Shown here: piece after piece, positions 48,501 through 59,933 of the stretch | How positions within the stretch are numbered: position 1 is the first letter of the stretch | Layout: each line of letters opens with the position of its first letter | Source: Sedimentisphaerales bacterium | GTDB lineage: Bacteria > Planctomycetota > Phycisphaerae > Sedimentisphaerales > SM23-30 | Direction: 5' to 3' (one strand) | Length of the DNA: 64,000 nt | NCBI GenBank assembly: GCA_963666285.1 | Contig: OY762711.1 | Notes under the pieces: model-generated | The model's database searches: none | Told to the model about the DNA's origin: nothing | Seen by the model: only the letters and a program-made list of their open reading frames with translations | Position numbers and translations under genes: made by a program

Positions 48501-49952
48501 TTATACCATTTTGCCCAGATCGTATACCAATTCGTTCAATGATTCGACCTGACTGTTTAATTCCTCGGCAGCACTGGCAGATTCCTCAGCACTGGCAGCA
48601 TTCTGCTGAGTTGCCTTATCCATCTCGGCAATAGCATTTGACAGCTGCTGAATACCGAACGATTGTTCCTGGCTGCCTTCACTAATATCATTAACCAGAG
48701 AAGAAGATTCGGTAACCGAACTGTTAATTTCATTGAGCAGATTAGAGACATTCTCTACAACCTGAATATCACCGGCAGCACTTTTAACTGATTTGTCAAT
48801 TATTATAGAGGTATTATGAGCTGCTTCTGCACTTCTCATAGCAAGGTTACGCACCTCTTCGGCAACAACAGCAAATCCTTTACCGGACTCACCTGCCCTG
48901 GCAGCTTCAACCGCGGCATTTAATGCCAGCAAATTAGTCTGAAATGCAATCTCATCAATTACTTTAATAATTTTGGCCGACTCATTTGCGTTATTCTGAA
49001 TTTCGCCAATTGCACCATTCAAAAGTTCAATAGATTCACCCCCGCGCTCAGCAACTTCCCTGGCTCTTCCTGCCATTTCGTTAGCTTTAAGAGACTTGCC
49101 TGCATTATCCTTTGAAATAGAATCTACATTGGCAATATTACTATTACTTTCTTCAAGACAAGCGGCAACTTCCGAAGCAGACTGCGCCAGGGATTGGGCA
49201 GAATCGGCTATCTGGCCGGAAGCAGATGCCAGCTGTTCGGCTCCATTTCTCAGGCATGATATAACTTTCTTTAACTTACCAACAATACTTCTCGAAATTA
49301 GCCAGGCAGCTAAAACCGAAATAAAGATTGCAGCAGCACCGCTGATATACATGACAAACTGAACCATAGAATTCAGATCCACTATTTCAGCTTTTTGCTG
49401 TTCAGCAGCACCGGACACAGACGCACGTATTTCGCCCAGAATCTTTTGTACCTTTGCCAGGGCAGCTTTTGTCTGCTCATTATATATCTTGCATGCCTGT
49501 TTGATTTCAGAAGGCAGCAGTTTCCCAAATTCATCCTTTTGACCATTTGCATATACATTACCAATAGCTATTGCTGAACTATGAAGCTCATGATGGTACG
49601 GTTCGATTTCTACAAGAATCTCAGTTAATTCCGGAACCAGCTGTTCTGTATACTTTCGTTCATCACCAAAAAGCCACTTGCCAAAAGCACATTTATGATC
49701 ATCTGTCTGTACTGAAAGCTGAGTGGACGAATCATCAGTTAAAACCTTTGCTATCGCCTCACACCAGTTGAGATGATCTATTTCACGCTGTGCGATATTC
49801 ATCTCAAGTTTGTCAAGTTCAATAACAACATTAGTTTTTTGTGAAATGCTATGAATTAAAAAGGAAGCACATAAAACCAGCATTAAAATAGAAGCGATAA
49901 TTAATCCAAAGCCACAATACAGCTTTGTTGATATTTTTAGATCTTTCAACAT
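48501..49952 (-). CDS. Methyl-accepting chemotaxis protein with CZB-like sensor domain
   Basis: [34 protein letters not shown]...CAFGKW...H..LH. Confidence 0.92.
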   Translation of the reverse strand: MLKDLKISTKLYCGFGLIIASILMLVLCASFLIHSISQKTNVVIELDKLEMNIAQREIDHLNWCEAIAKVLTDDSSTQLSVQTDDHKCAFGKWLFGDERKYTEQLVPELTEILVEIEPYHHELHSSAIAIGNVYANGQKDEFGKLLPSEIKQACKIYNEQTKAALAKVQKILGEIRASVSGAAEQQKAEIVDLNSMVQFVMYISGAAAIFISVLAAWLISRSIVGKLKKVISCLRNGAEQLASASGQIADSAQSLAQSASEVAACLEESNSNIANVDSISKDNAGKSLKANEMAGRAREVAERGGESIELLNGAIGEIQNNANESAKIIKVIDEIAFQTNLLALNAAVEAARAGESGKGFAVVAEEVRNLAMRSAEAAHNTSIIIDKSVKSAAGDIQVVENVSNLLNEINSSVTESSSLVNDISEGSQEQSFGIQQLSNAIAEMDKATQQNAASAEESASAAEELNSQVESLNELVYDLGKMV

Positions 49953-50431
49953 TTTTCTCTCCAATATTACTTACATTCTTCACATATATCTTATAAGAAA
50001 ATATCGGCATAGAATTTCATGACTTAAGCTAATTTGGCCGGCAATACAAACCTCTAAGCTCTAGAAAGGTCCTATAAATATCTGAAATTTCACCACTACT
50101 TCAAATTGCTGTTATCGCAATATTTTTCAAACATGCATAACGCGAAGAAATAACTCTATTTCATAGAATCTAATATATAAAAACTCCATTAAATCACAAA
50201 TACAGTAGAAAACACAGCCTGACCGCTTATTCAGACCACAAGATATGTAAAAAACAATTAAATATTGCAGACAATCGTCAATGTAATTCGTTGAAGTTTT
50301 AACTCAAACTGCATTAACAATAACTACCAGAATACAGTGGAGTTCAAATTTTAAAAAGATAAATTATTTTTACCAAAAAACCCTGGAAAAACACTTTTTT
50401 GAGGCCAAATACAGGCACAGCATTAAAATCC

Positions 50432-52771
50432 TCACTGAGAAACAATTTCGCTTAGATACTTAACAACTTTTTTCTTGCCGCGTTTTTCGGCAATCTGCAA
50501 TGGTGTAATACCGGTTTTACTGGCTATTGTAATATCGGCACCAGACTTAAACAAAACCTTAACAACCGGCAAAAAGTCTGCTTCAGCTGCTTTATATAGA
50601 CCGGTTTCACCGGCTTTATCCTGTATGTTAATATCGAATTTCGGCAGTATCTTTTTATCAAGAAAAACTTTTACCGCATCAGCTTTTCCCCTGGCACATG
50701 CGACATGGAAAGGAATAATACCTTTATTATCTGCTGACAGGTAATTTGCTTTTCGGGCAAGTAAAGTCTTTATTACAGGAACACAATTGAGCTCGGCTGC
50801 ATAATGCAGAGCAGTAAAGCCGTTATCAGCGGAAGCATTGACATCGGCACCGTCGGCAAGCAACTGTTCCACAACAGCATTGTTTTTATTAGCAGCGGCA
50901 GTCATAAGAGGAGTTATCCCACTTTCATCCCTGACATTAGCTGATGCCCCCGCCTCAAGCAGTGGCTTAACAACATCCCTGTTCTTTTCACATGCCAGAT
51001 GCAACGGTGTTTTACCACGGCTATCAATAGCATTTATATCAGGATTAGCCTTCAGCAGCAGTTTCAATATTCCGATATTGCCATTTGCCGCGGCAATATG
51101 CAACGGGCTTTGACCTGACCGGTCAACAATATCAACATTTACCCCGGCATCAATTAAAACTTCAAGAACCGCCTTATTAGTTTTTTTAACAGCCAGCATT
51201 AAAGAATTATTATTTTCACTGTCAACAGCATTAAGATTTGCTCCTGCTTTTATAAGCAACTCTGCAATCCTTGCGTTGCCTTTTTCTACAACCGCCAGCA
51301 AAGGAGTCATACCGGATTTATCTTTAGCTTCAAGATTCATGCCGGATTCCAGCAGAAGATCGACAATTTTTGCTTTTCCAGCCAGGGCAGCGTTAAATAA
51401 CTCGGTACGACCATCTTTATCTACCGCATCGGCATCGGCACCTGCCTTTACAAGCTCCTTAATAACATCAAGACGCTCTTTCCGGATAGCGATACTTAAA
51501 AGTGAATTGCCCTTTTTATCGGTTTGGTTTAGATTGGCACCGGCACCAATAAGCAATTTGACAATATCATCCTGACCTTTTTCTACAGCAAAAAGCATAG
51601 CAGTTCGATCATTGCTGTCTTCAACGTCAACCCGGGCACCCGCATCAATTAAAGCTTTAACAATACGACGATGATCAGACTCAACTGCCGTCAGAAGCGG
51701 CGTAACCCTTTCATCATTATAAAGGTTTACATCAGCACCATGCACGATAAGTTCTTCAGCAGCTTCGAAATGGCCATTTTTGCACGCCAGCCAGAGCGCT
51801 GTTCGATCCTGGCCATCCTGTTTGTTTATCCTGGCTCTTGCCTTTATAAGCTGCCTGACAACCCGGTCGTGACCCTGCGAGGCAGCTTTATGTATCGCCC
51901 TGCTGCCTTTGGTGTCTGATCTTTCGACATCAGCATCAGCAAATACCAGCAACTTAACCATATCGGCATGACCCTCTTTGGCAGCCGCCATTAAAGGGGT
52001 TTCCATTTCATTATCACAGCGGTCTATCCCGGCACCTGCGGTAAGTAATACCGATGCGTTCGATTCATTTCCATTGGCACTGGCAAGCCAAAGGGCTGTT
52101 CTCCCATTGGTATCAACAGCATTAACATCAGCACCGGATAAAATCAGATCACGAACCTTGTAAGGGGTATCATTAACCGCAGCAATAATCAACTGCTCGT
52201 TGAGCTCTGCCTGCGTTATTTCATTTTCATTCAGTACATTATTGACAGATTTAGATATTTCCTGGTTACTGGCAACCACAACAGGTATATTATTATTTTC
52301 AAACTCCGGCTCTATACTGTCTTTTTTATTTTTCTTTTCCCGGGCTTGCTCTTCTTCATCACCGGTATAACGCTTATCGAAAATCTTATCTATTTCACTT
52401 ACAACCGTTACAACATTACTAATCGGGTCAGATTCCGCATTGTTTCCCTGATTCAAAACCTCTGAAACTTTCTCTATTTTGGTAACAACATCTCTAACTT
52501 CCGGATCAATAGTCTTGGGATCTTCAATTGCCTCTTTGACTTTTTCGATAGTTTCATTAGCTTTGGCAACTTTTTCGATGACTTCCTTATTAACCTCTAT
52601 ACCAATATCTGATTTTTCATTTTCCTGGTTATTGAGAGATTTATCGGCGGTAGAAGTAACCTGGACAGCAGAGCCTGATTTATCTGCAGTATCATCTTTA
52701 CAGCCACTCAAAGCGAAAAGAAACTGGAGAATAATAAACGTATAAACAATATTTCTGAACTTCATGGGCAA
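50432..52771 (-). CDS. Ankyrin-repeat lipoprotein
   Basis: Lipobox LSGC; acidic linker; about 17 ankyrin repeats. Confidence 0.9.
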   Translation of the reverse strand: MPMKFRNIVYTFIILQFLFALSGCKDDTADKSGSAVQVTSTADKSLNNQENEKSDIGIEVNKEVIEKVAKANETIEKVKEAIEDPKTIDPEVRDVVTKIEKVSEVLNQGNNAESDPISNVVTVVSEIDKIFDKRYTGDEEEQAREKKNKKDSIEPEFENNNIPVVVASNQEISKSVNNVLNENEITQAELNEQLIIAAVNDTPYKVRDLILSGADVNAVDTNGRTALWLASANGNESNASVLLTAGAGIDRCDNEMETPLMAAAKEGHADMVKLLVFADADVERSDTKGSRAIHKAASQGHDRVVRQLIKARARINKQDGQDRTALWLACKNGHFEAAEELIVHGADVNLYNDERVTPLLTAVESDHRRIVKALIDAGARVDVEDSNDRTAMLFAVEKGQDDIVKLLIGAGANLNQTDKKGNSLLSIAIRKERLDVIKELVKAGADADAVDKDGRTELFNAALAGKAKIVDLLLESGMNLEAKDKSGMTPLLAVVEKGNARIAELLIKAGANLNAVDSENNNSLMLAVKKTNKAVLEVLIDAGVNVDIVDRSGQSPLHIAAANGNIGILKLLLKANPDINAIDSRGKTPLHLACEKNRDVVKPLLEAGASANVRDESGITPLMTAAANKNNAVVEQLLADGADVNASADNGFTALHYAAELNCVPVIKTLLARKANYLSADNKGIIPFHVACARGKADAVKVFLDKKILPKFDINIQDKAGETGLYKAAEADFLPVVKVLFKSGADITIASKTGITPLQIAEKRGKKKVVKYLSEIVSQ

Positions 52772-52939
52772 GCTTCCTTCCCTGAAATCATAAGTCCTTA
52801 TTCTATATTAAAAAGCAGACAAAACGTCCCTGCTGACAATTTATATCACAGTTATCGGAGAAAAGTTACACAATTTCCACTGAAAAATCTAAACTTATGA
52901 AAAAAAACTATAAAGATAAAAATTGTTAACATATTGATA

Positions 52940-53929
52940 TCAAAGGTCTTCAGAAAAATCTACATACCATTTTTTCAGACCGGCGACCATCTGTTCTCTG
53001 GTTTTAGCAAAGATAAGCTCCATCATCATCTTTTTGCGACTAGGATGACGGCGAGCGTATTTGGCCATAAATTTGCGGAAATAACGTACGGCACCAATCT
53101 CTTCGCTATGCTCCAATATACGGCTAAAATGTTCGGTGATAACATCGTACTGCTCGGCAAGATCCGGGGGGGCAGGTAATGGTTCACCGTTGAGAACGGC
53201 CCTGCAATCACTAAAAATCCACGGGTTGCCTATCATGCCGCGGGCCGCGATCACCCCGTCAATACCCGTTTGCTCCAATCTTTCCTTAATGGTCTGTGCA
53301 TCCATAAGATCGCCGCTGCCGATAATAATACTATCAGGGTACTTTTGTTTGACCTGCTCAATGATCTTCCAGTCAGCTTCGCCTTTATAAAGCTGCATCG
53401 TGGTACGCCCATGAATATAAAGTGCTTCCAATCCGATATTTACAGCCCCTTCGCAAATCTGCCAGAATTTCTCTCGAGACTCTTCTGAGTTGTCAAAACC
53501 GCGACGCAGTTTGACAGAAAGCGGGCATGAAACAACATCTCTTACAGCTTTGATTATTTCAAGAACACGCGATGGGTCTTTAAGGAGAGCTCCTCCCCTG
53601 CCGCGACGAACAACTTTCGGTGCCGGACAGGCAAAGTTCAGGTCCACAATATCATAACCAAACTCCACCAGGGCTTTTGCTGCTTGGGCCATAACCTCAG
53701 GCTCTGTGCCGCATATCTGACCGCCAACCGGGTGGTCGCCGTCTATAACAGTGAACTCCGGCTTGCGAAGAACTTTCTTATAAGCAGTCGATTTATCCAG
53801 CATAAGCCCGCCAAAAGTAAGCTCACAGCCAAAACGGCGGTTGATCATTCGCATAGCGGTATCGGAATAGCCGCTAAGAGGTGCAGCTATTACTGGTGAC
53901 GAAAGAGTGATATTTCCTATTTTTAGCAT
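52940..53929 (-). CDS. dusB: tRNA-dihydrouridine synthase
   Basis: APLSG, DLNFACPAPKV..G.GGALL, IHGRT, ARG.IGNPWIF. Confidence 0.88.
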   Translation of the reverse strand: MLKIGNITLSSPVIAAPLSGYSDTAMRMINRRFGCELTFGGLMLDKSTAYKKVLRKPEFTVIDGDHPVGGQICGTEPEVMAQAAKALVEFGYDIVDLNFACPAPKVVRRGRGGALLKDPSRVLEIIKAVRDVVSCPLSVKLRRGFDNSEESREKFWQICEGAVNIGLEALYIHGRTTMQLYKGEADWKIIEQVKQKYPDSIIIGSGDLMDAQTIKERLEQTGIDGVIAARGMIGNPWIFSDCRAVLNGEPLPAPPDLAEQYDVITEHFSRILEHSEEIGAVRYFRKFMAKYARRHPSRKKMMMELIFAKTREQMVAGLKKWYVDFSEDL

Positions 53930-54088
53930 AATAAAGTAATAAGTATCAAATAATAAGATATAAGCCAAGAGTATTTGTTTGTATGAAACAAACTCATGGA
54001 TAGCGATATCACATACGGTAATTCTGAGTTGCTTCATTCATCAAGATTATGATTGAAGATAATGCTCTGAAATCACCTCATCTTTAGC

Positions 54089-55372
54089 TTACAAATTGAA
54101 TTTTATAACGCCGTTGACGATAGTACAGATTGGTCTGGCTGGCAGTTCCCAGCCGTGCCATGGGCAATTCCTGCTTTGAGATTTGAAATTGTTAACGTCA
54201 ACAGACCATTTCATATCCGGGTCAATTATGGTTATATCGGCATCAGCACCAACAGAAAGAGTACCTTTATCGATATTAACAATCTGTGCCGGTTTGATAG
54301 TCATCATTTCGATCATTCTCGGCCAGTCACATACCTTTTCCTCAATGAGAGCTTTTGCATACAGGCCGAAAGCACAATCCAGGCCAACAATGCCAAATGG
54401 AGCGGTCAGGAACTCAAGCTCTTTTTCGCTAAGCAAATGAGGAGCATGGTCGGTAACCAGACAATCGATAGTACCATCTGCAACTGCTTCACGTACAGCC
54501 TCCACATCTTTCTGACGACGCAGCGGCGGATTCATCTTGTAGTTGGTGTCATAACCGTAAACACATTCCTCAGTGAGCAGCAGATGATGCGGGGTAACTT
54601 CTGCGGTAACAGCAACACCTTCGGCCTTGCCCTGTCGCAGAATCTTGACAGCACCGGCAGTTGAGATATGCTGGGCATGGATACGTCCACCGCAAGCCTT
54701 GGCAAGCTGGATATCACGCTGGAGCATAAGTTCTTCGGCCAGATGGCTCATGCCCGGCAGGCCCAGCACGGTAGCATGGTAGCCGGAGTTCATAACGCCG
54801 CTGCCGGCAATAGCATTACACTGGCAATGCTGCATAAGAACCTTATCGAACATTTTTACATAATTGAAAGCTTTGAGCATAACAGCGGGGTTCTGGACAC
54901 CGCTGCCATCATCGGTAAAGGCAACAGCCCCGGCACGAACCATCTGGCCCATCTCGGCGAGCTCTTCGCCGCTGCGACCCTTGGTAATGGCACCAGAGGC
55001 AAATACATTGGCCATATTGGCACGAGCTGCCTGGCGATAGACAAAATCAACCGTAGCTTCGCTGTCTATAGCCGGTTCGGTATTAGGCATGCATACAATA
55101 GAACTAAAACCGCCGGCAACCGCAGCAGCAGAACCGCTGGCAATAGTTTCTTCTTCTTCGTCGCCTGGTTCACGCAGATGAACATGAATATCAATAAGGC
55201 CTGGAGCAACAATCATGCCCTTGGCATCGATGACTTCTGCACCTTTGCTGTCAGCCGCCAGGTTTACACCGACAGCTTCAATTTTACCGCCGGAAACAGC
55301 TACATCAGCAACTTTGTCAATATTATTCGCAGGATCAATAATCCTGCCATTTGCAATAATCAAATCAGCCAT
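54089..55372 (-). CDS. pyrC: Dihydroorotase
   Basis: DIHVHLREPG, MPNT, EVTPHHL, KMNPPLR, TDHAPH. Confidence 0.93.
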   Translation of the reverse strand: MADLIIANGRIIDPANNIDKVADVAVSGGKIEAVGVNLAADSKGAEVIDAKGMIVAPGLIDIHVHLREPGDEEEETIASGSAAAVAGGFSSIVCMPNTEPAIDSEATVDFVYRQAARANMANVFASGAITKGRSGEELAEMGQMVRAGAVAFTDDGSGVQNPAVMLKAFNYVKMFDKVLMQHCQCNAIAGSGVMNSGYHATVLGLPGMSHLAEELMLQRDIQLAKACGGRIHAQHISTAGAVKILRQGKAEGVAVTAEVTPHHLLLTEECVYGYDTNYKMNPPLRRQKDVEAVREAVADGTIDCLVTDHAPHLLSEKELEFLTAPFGIVGLDCAFGLYAKALIEEKVCDWPRMIEMMTIKPAQIVNIDKGTLSVGADADITIIDPDMKWSVDVNNFKSQSRNCPWHGWELPARPICTIVNGVIKFNL

Positions 55373-55712
55373 AGAAGTTTAACCTCTTAGCATATAATAA
55401 CTTAAAATAGCATCCAACCAGAAGCACCGCAAGCATATCCTGGACAGCCCTTGCTGGTAACTCGTTATATGGTAATCGTTTCAGTAATAATATGCTATAA
55501 AAAACTCTATTGTCCAATAATCAAGATAAAATATAAGTATTTATGCATAATTGCTGTTTGTGTCCTATAATATCTTGTTTTTCAATATTAGCACGCTACC
55601 TGGTATCCCATAGTATTATCTGACTAAATATCCAGGAAGAACTTTCCGAAATAACTATACATAAAGGCAACATAAAAAAATATTACCCTTTATTGGGCTT
55701 GAGGTAATAAGA

Positions 55713-56120
55713 ATGGCAATTATGCAATGGTCTGATGAACTATCTATTGGCATGCCGGAGATAGATCATCAACATCAGACGATAATAAATATTATCAATA
55801 AAATTCACAGCAGCTACTCTGAAAATAAAAATAATGAGACAATGAATAAACTGCTGCCGGAACTGAAATGGTATGCCGAAGAACATTTTAAGCATGAAGA
55901 GCTGCTAATGCTGGAAACAGATTTTCCACACTACAAAGAACATAAAGCAATTCATCAGGAAATGCTGGAAAAAGTAAATAATCTCATCCAGGTATATTCA
56001 AAAAATGAAATACCTGACGGAAACGAAACACTAAACTTTTTTGTAAACTGGCTAACCGGCCATATCAAAGTAGATGACCTCAAGCTTGGTAAACATGCTA
56101 ATATAGCTGCAGCCCAGTAA
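55713..56120 (+). CDS. Bacteriohemerythrin
   Basis: W....SIG..EID.QH, HFKHEE, HKAIH, WLTGHI...D. Confidence 0.92.
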   Translation: MAIMQWSDELSIGMPEIDHQHQTIINIINKIHSSYSENKNNETMNKLLPELKWYAEEHFKHEELLMLETDFPHYKEHKAIHQEMLEKVNNLIQVYSKNEIPDGNETLNFFVNWLTGHIKVDDLKLGKHANIAAAQ

Positions 56121-56171
56121 TATTGTAAAATAACTTTTCAACAGTATATAAGAGAAAGCAAGGAACAAAAA

Positions 56172-56576
56172 ATGTCAATAATGCAGTGGACAGAAGATTT
56201 GTCAGTTGGTGTAACAGAAATTGACTACCAACACAAAGCTCTAATCAATATCATCAATAAAATTCATTCCTGTTATTCAAACGAGGGAAGTCGCGATAAT
56301 TTAATTTCACTGCTTCCTGAGTTGAGCTGGTATGCCGGAGAGCATTTCAAAAATGAAGAAGAATTTATGGAAAATAACGGGTATCCTGACCTGGAACAGC
56401 ATAAACAAATCCATGCATCCATGCTAAGGCAGCTTGGCCAATTAATCGCAAAATGCCAAAACGGCAACAATCTGGCATCAAGCGAGACTTCGGAATTTCT
56501 AAAAAACTGGCTGATCAATCATATCAAAGTTGAAGATCATAAATATGCCAAACACGCACAAACCGTTAAGGCATAG
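56172..56576 (+). CDS. Bacteriohemerythrin (tandem paralog)
   Basis: IDYQH, HFKNEE, HKQIH, WLINHIKVED. Confidence 0.92.
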   Translation: MSIMQWTEDLSVGVTEIDYQHKALINIINKIHSCYSNEGSRDNLISLLPELSWYAGEHFKNEEEFMENNGYPDLEQHKQIHASMLRQLGQLIAKCQNGNNLASSETSEFLKNWLINHIKVEDHKYAKHAQTVKA

Positions 56577-56610
56577 TTCAAGCCAATAGTGTTGAGCTAG
56601 ATTAAAAATC

Positions 56611-56646
56611 TACAGGCAGGTAAGTCATGAAAACCACCTGCCTGTA
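56611..56646. terminator. Hairpin between convergent genes
   Basis: TACAGGCAGGT...ACCTGCCTGTA. Confidence 0.6.
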
Positions 56647-56681
56647 AGAAAATTTATTTAATTGTAATCATATCCCGATTG

Positions 56682-59315
56682 TTAAGGATTAACATCTATC
56701 AGCCAGTTTTCTGCCATGGCCGCAAAGTCGCTTAGATCTACCCTGCAGTCCGGCATTCCGCCGGGACCGGTAATATCGCCAACCGGATATGGATGTTCCA
56801 AGTCGCCACAGACCGGACCAAGCGGAGTATCAACACTTAACTTATACAGACCGGCCGCATCAGAAATTTTTATTAGATGAAGACCGGCAGACAAGTCAAA
56901 TGAATACTCTTCAACTTCCGCCCTTACATTGGCATCATAAATTTGCGACAATGTTCCTGTACCTGTTAAAGAATACAGTCTGAAATGCATATAAGAAGAT
57001 GTGACATTTTCATACATCAATTCAAATGCCCCATCCTGTGGAACAATAAAGCTATACCAGTCAATATCATCACTTGTGGAAATAGTATTCACAGTTATAC
57101 TTCCATCATGTTCAACAGGAGTAACTTCTAATTCTTCAACAACAATAGTATAAAAACTGCTGGTGCCGCCATCGATACTGATATAATAATCGCCAGATTG
57201 AGGGGCAGCAAACATATAACTGGATGAGTTATTGCTAACTAGATTGTTAAAATTGCTGTCATAAAGATCGAATGCAGCAGATGAACCAACGGCACCACGG
57301 TCAATAGTAACCTGGTAAAGCTTCCATTGATCTGCAGCAAATACAAAGGTGTCAATATCACCATCTTCCAGATTGTCAGGGCAGGTAGTTCCGGCAAGCG
57401 GAGCAGCATCAACTATTATCTCCTGCGGACTATCAAATGTTTCCGGGTAATAATCCGGAGGCGTAACGTCTAAAAGATCAACACATATTGTGTATTCTCC
57501 AGTATATTGTGAACTGCTATTTGGACCACTTCCAGCAACATTAATATAACAAGTAGCATCGCTAGTCAAAAAAACTGTAGAAGAAATTGGCGACGAAGTT
57601 AAATAAGTGAACACATGCGTACCACTTGACGAAGAAAGATCTATTGGAGCTAAAGATCCTTCAGATGCCTCTTGATATAAATTACAATACCGATATCCAC
57701 CTCCTGTTGTAAGTGTTATCTCATACCGACCATATTGGACAGGAGTGAAAGCGAACCAATCCTCATCGCCAGCTTCTCCAATAAAACCTCCTGTAACTGT
57801 GCCATCAGCAGCGATTGGAGTCAGCGGAATTTCTTCCACCCATATTTCATAATAACTGGAAGAGCCGCCATCAATACTTAAATAATACTCTCCTGTATAG
57901 GTAGATGTAAATATCTTTTCTGTTGTATTACTCACAAGATAATTAAATGAATCATCACATAGATCAAAACCTGCAGATGACCCTACCGCTCCTCTACCCA
58001 AAACAACTCTATACACACGATCAGCTTCAGTAGCGAAGCTAAAACAATCAAAATCAAAACCTTCCAGATTATCCGGACAGGTTGTACCGGCAAGTGGAGC
58101 ATCACCAACTATTATCTCCTGTGGACTATCAAATGTTTCCGGATAATAATCCGGAGGTGTAACATCTAAAAGATCAACACATATTGTATATACTCCAGTA
58201 TCTTGTGAACTGCTATTTGGACCACTTCCAGCAATATTAATATAACAAGTAGCATCGCTAGTCAAAAAAACTGTAGAAGAAATTGGCGACGAAGTTAAAT
58301 AAGTGAACACATGCGTGCCACTTGACGAAGAAAGATCTATTGAAGCTAATGATCCTTCAGATGTCTCTTGATATAAATTACAATACCGATATCCACCTCC
58401 TGTTGTAAGTGTTATCTCATACCGACCATATTGGACCGGAGTGAAAGTGAACCAATCCTCATCGCCAGCTTCTCCAATAAAACCTCCTGTAACTGTGCCA
58501 TCAGCAGCGATTGGAGTCAGCGGAATTTCCTCCACCCATATTTCATAATAACTGGAAGAGCCACCATCAACGTTTAAATAATAATTTCCTGTATAGGTAG
58601 ATGTAAATATCTTTTCCATTACATTGCTTGCCATTGCATTCATGCTACCGTCATAAAGATCAAAAGTAGCATTTGCCCCAATTGCCCCATTAACTAGTAA
58701 AACACTATACATATGACCTGATTCTGTAGCAAAGCTGAAACAGTCAAGATCAAAACCTTCCAGGTTATCCGGACAGGTTGTACCGGCAAGTGGAGCATCA
58801 CCAACTATTATCTCCTGTGGACTATCAAATGTTTCCGGATAATAATCCGGAGGTGTAACATCTAAAAGATCAACACATATTGTATATACTCCAGTATCTT
58901 GTGAACTGCTATTTGGACCACTTCCAGCAATATTAATATAACAAGTAGCATCGCTAGTCAAAAAAACTGTAGAAGAAATTGGCGACGAAGTTAAATAAGT
59001 GAACACATGCGTGCCACTTGACGAAGAAAGATCTATTGAAGCTAATGATCCTTCAGATGCCTCTTGATATAAATTACAATACCGATATCCACCTCCTGTT
59101 GTAAGTGTTATTTCATACCGACCATACTGAACCGGAGTAAAGACAAACCAATCCTGGTCACTAGTAGACGTTATCTCACCTTCTACTACAGTACCATCAG
59201 CAACAATAGGTTCTGCGGTTGATTCATCGTTACCATAATCCGGACTTTCCGCCATAACCATACCACACAAACATACCAGAACCAGAGCCAACATTCTTTT
59301 CGTTTTGTTGAACAT
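56682..59315 (-). CDS. Secreted protein with three 232-aa repeats (PPC-like pairs) and a dockerin-like C-terminus
   Basis: Signal peptide from ATG 59315; D.DWF.F motifs; 696-bp DNA period; GDITG...DCRVDLSDFAAMAENWL. Confidence 0.85.
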   Translation of the reverse strand: MFNKTKRMLALVLVCLCGMVMAESPDYGNDESTAEPIVADGTVVEGEITSTSDQDWFVFTPVQYGRYEITLTTGGGYRYCNLYQEASEGSLASIDLSSSSGTHVFTYLTSSPISSTVFLTSDATCYINIAGSGPNSSSQDTGVYTICVDLLDVTPPDYYPETFDSPQEIIVGDAPLAGTTCPDNLEGFDLDCFSFATESGHMYSVLLVNGAIGANATFDLYDGSMNAMASNVMEKIFTSTYTGNYYLNVDGGSSSYYEIWVEEIPLTPIAADGTVTGGFIGEAGDEDWFTFTPVQYGRYEITLTTGGGYRYCNLYQETSEGSLASIDLSSSSGTHVFTYLTSSPISSTVFLTSDATCYINIAGSGPNSSSQDTGVYTICVDLLDVTPPDYYPETFDSPQEIIVGDAPLAGTTCPDNLEGFDFDCFSFATEADRVYRVVLGRGAVGSSAGFDLCDDSFNYLVSNTTEKIFTSTYTGEYYLSIDGGSSSYYEIWVEEIPLTPIAADGTVTGGFIGEAGDEDWFAFTPVQYGRYEITLTTGGGYRYCNLYQEASEGSLAPIDLSSSSGTHVFTYLTSSPISSTVFLTSDATCYINVAGSGPNSSSQYTGEYTICVDLLDVTPPDYYPETFDSPQEIIVDAAPLAGTTCPDNLEDGDIDTFVFAADQWKLYQVTIDRGAVGSSAAFDLYDSNFNNLVSNNSSSYMFAAPQSGDYYISIDGGTSSFYTIVVEELEVTPVEHDGSITVNTISTSDDIDWYSFIVPQDGAFELMYENVTSSYMHFRLYSLTGTGTLSQIYDANVRAEVEEYSFDLSAGLHLIKISDAAGLYKLSVDTPLGPVCGDLEHPYPVGDITGPGGMPDCRVDLSDFAAMAENWLIDVNP

Positions 59316-59842
59316 TTCCTTTTTCCTTTCTGCCCCTAAAGGCATATACCAGATTAACACACTAATGCTATATAGAATAAGTAAATAAAGACTTATCAAA
59401 AATTGAAACAAGGTGCAAACGAAATCCAGATACAATGACATTTGTCATTTTATCTGAACATAGTAATTGCCTCAACAAAAAAACATGCAACAAAGTTATA
59501 AATCACATTTGGCAACAATTATTCCACTCACAACCACTACAATCAACACATTTGCCCCAATTTTACAATAAAACGTCAAAAAAAAACAAAACAAGGTTTA
59601 TTTCGAAAAAAATCATTAAAATTGGCCTGTACTATTCCGTGCAGACCTGGTTAAAATAAACTTTTACTAAGATAAATTGATAACAAAAATCAGCTAGAAC
59701 AGTCATTCCCTGAGTTCAACATCGAAATACCCAGTCAGTTATGCTGATCGTAGATATGTTGCTGTTGGTGGTACTAAAGTTGAAATCACAAAAAAACATT
59801 TGAAAGCCTGTAATTAACTCTATCCACCACATCACAGAATAT

Positions 59843-59872
59843 AAAAAGGCCCGGAGCAAAAGCCCCAGGCCT
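59843..59872 (-). terminator. Probable intrinsic terminator
   Basis: AAAAAGGCC...GGCCT imperfect stem downstream of the minus-strand gene. Confidence 0.5.
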
Positions 59873-59933
59873 AATCCTTTAATTACATACATGCCGCAGC
59901 ATAAGTGCTATACTGCAAAACATTCAACAACCA

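Noticed and set aside
57100..59215. Diversity-generating retroelement TR/VR pair
   Set aside because: Repeats are in-frame domain duplications, differences are not adenine-specific, and no reverse transcriptase is present.
59725..59815. Peptide YPVSYADRRYVAVGGT resembling a subtilase/sedolisin fragment
   Set aside because: Too short, no start or flanking homology; likely chance.
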